Assembly: GCA_028534125.1 (NCBI GenBank)
Contig: CM052817.1
Coordinates: 61,940,001-62,004,000 of the forward strand
DNA: 64,000 bases
Reading direction: 5' to 3'
From: Lama glama
Taxonomy: Eukaryota
Within the stretch, counting starts at the first letter, position 1; each line of letters starts with the position of its first letter. A program made the translations under genes and the position numbers. The notes beneath the pieces are model-generated. The model searched no databases. It was not told where the DNA came from and worked only from the letters and a program-made list of their open reading frames with translations. Of this stretch, positions 63,362 through 64,000 are shown in pieces.

Positions 63362-63519
63362 TTTTATGAAAATCTTTTTCTTGGTAATCTAATTTAAATC
63401 TAATCTAATTTGAATCAATGTGACCAAATTCCCAGGGCAGGCCAGTGATACTGCTACATCTCAAACCCCAAGACGAGAGTCCTGTTTTCAAGATCATGCA
63501 GTTGTTCTAGCCAGTCTGC

Positions 63520-63900
63520 AACATTCCTTTTTTAAAAAGTCATTTACAATTACAACATGATAAAACACTAAGTATAAAGAATATGGAGGAAGAAAGCACA
63601 TTAAAAAAGAAAAAAATTACTTGTAATCTCACTAGCATAAATGCATAAATTTCACTCATCTTTTTCCTAAGCTTATTTTTATATGGTTATGACTAAATGC
63701 ATATATAAATCCATATTCTGCTTTTACATGTTAAACCATCAAAAATATTTTAGTGGCTATATGATATTCCACCTTATGAATATGTATTACTTAATCACTG
63801 ATATAACATTGGACTTTAAGATTTTGCATTTTTACAATAAAATGCAAAGAATATAAACATATTTGGCACATATATTTTAGGTATTCACAATTACTTAAAA
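63520..63900 (-). mobile_element. Old L1M fragment (antisense)
   Basis: tttagtggctatatgatattccaccttatgaatatgt...aacattggactttaagattttg resembles a reverse L1M 3' region. Confidence 0.5.
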
Positions 63901-63912
63901 TTTATCCATTGA

Positions 63913-64000
63913 GGATTAAAGACTTAAACATAAGACAAGATACAATAAACCTCCTAGAGGAAAACATAGGCAAAACATTATCTGACATACATTTCAAAAA
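63913..64000 (+). mobile_element. Start of another 5'-truncated L1 (ORF2), runs off the window
   Basis: ggattaaagacttaaacataagacaagatacaataaacctcctagaggaaaacataggcaaaacatt = (W)[22 protein letters not shown]; similar to 61159-61230. Confidence 0.85.

Noticed and set aside
51678..64000. UNC5C exon 7 (second TSP1 repeat)
   Set aside because: No WSKWSTCG-like coding sequence found by eye; exons 1-7 most likely lie beyond the window.

Overview
Mammalian genomic DNA, most likely from a camelid, judged from two Vic-1-type tRNA-derived SINEs. The window holds the 3' half of the netrin-1 dependence receptor gene UNC5C on the minus strand: exons 8-16 by human numbering, all with canonical AG/GT boundaries and consistent phases. 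It also contains a 57-nt in-frame cassette exon missed by the ORF track and an inferred ~6.5-kb 3' UTR. The first ~480 bp look like the 3' UTR end of a convergent plus-strand gene, probably BMPR1B by synteny. Introns carry typical mammalian repeats: MIR, L2, L3/CR1, MER5, MER2, MLT1 and LTR40 solo LTRs, L1 with a 5' inversion, and a MULE/MuDR fossil nested in MER102. I found no evidence of a wholly new biological system. The best leads are the juxtamembrane cassette exon, a cluster of substitutions in the UPA/death-domain region (including L846P and V836M next to human T835), a stop codon embedded in the exon 10 donor, and the nested MULE fossil. Comparisons to human/mouse proteins and repeat consensuses are from memory and need checking by alignment.
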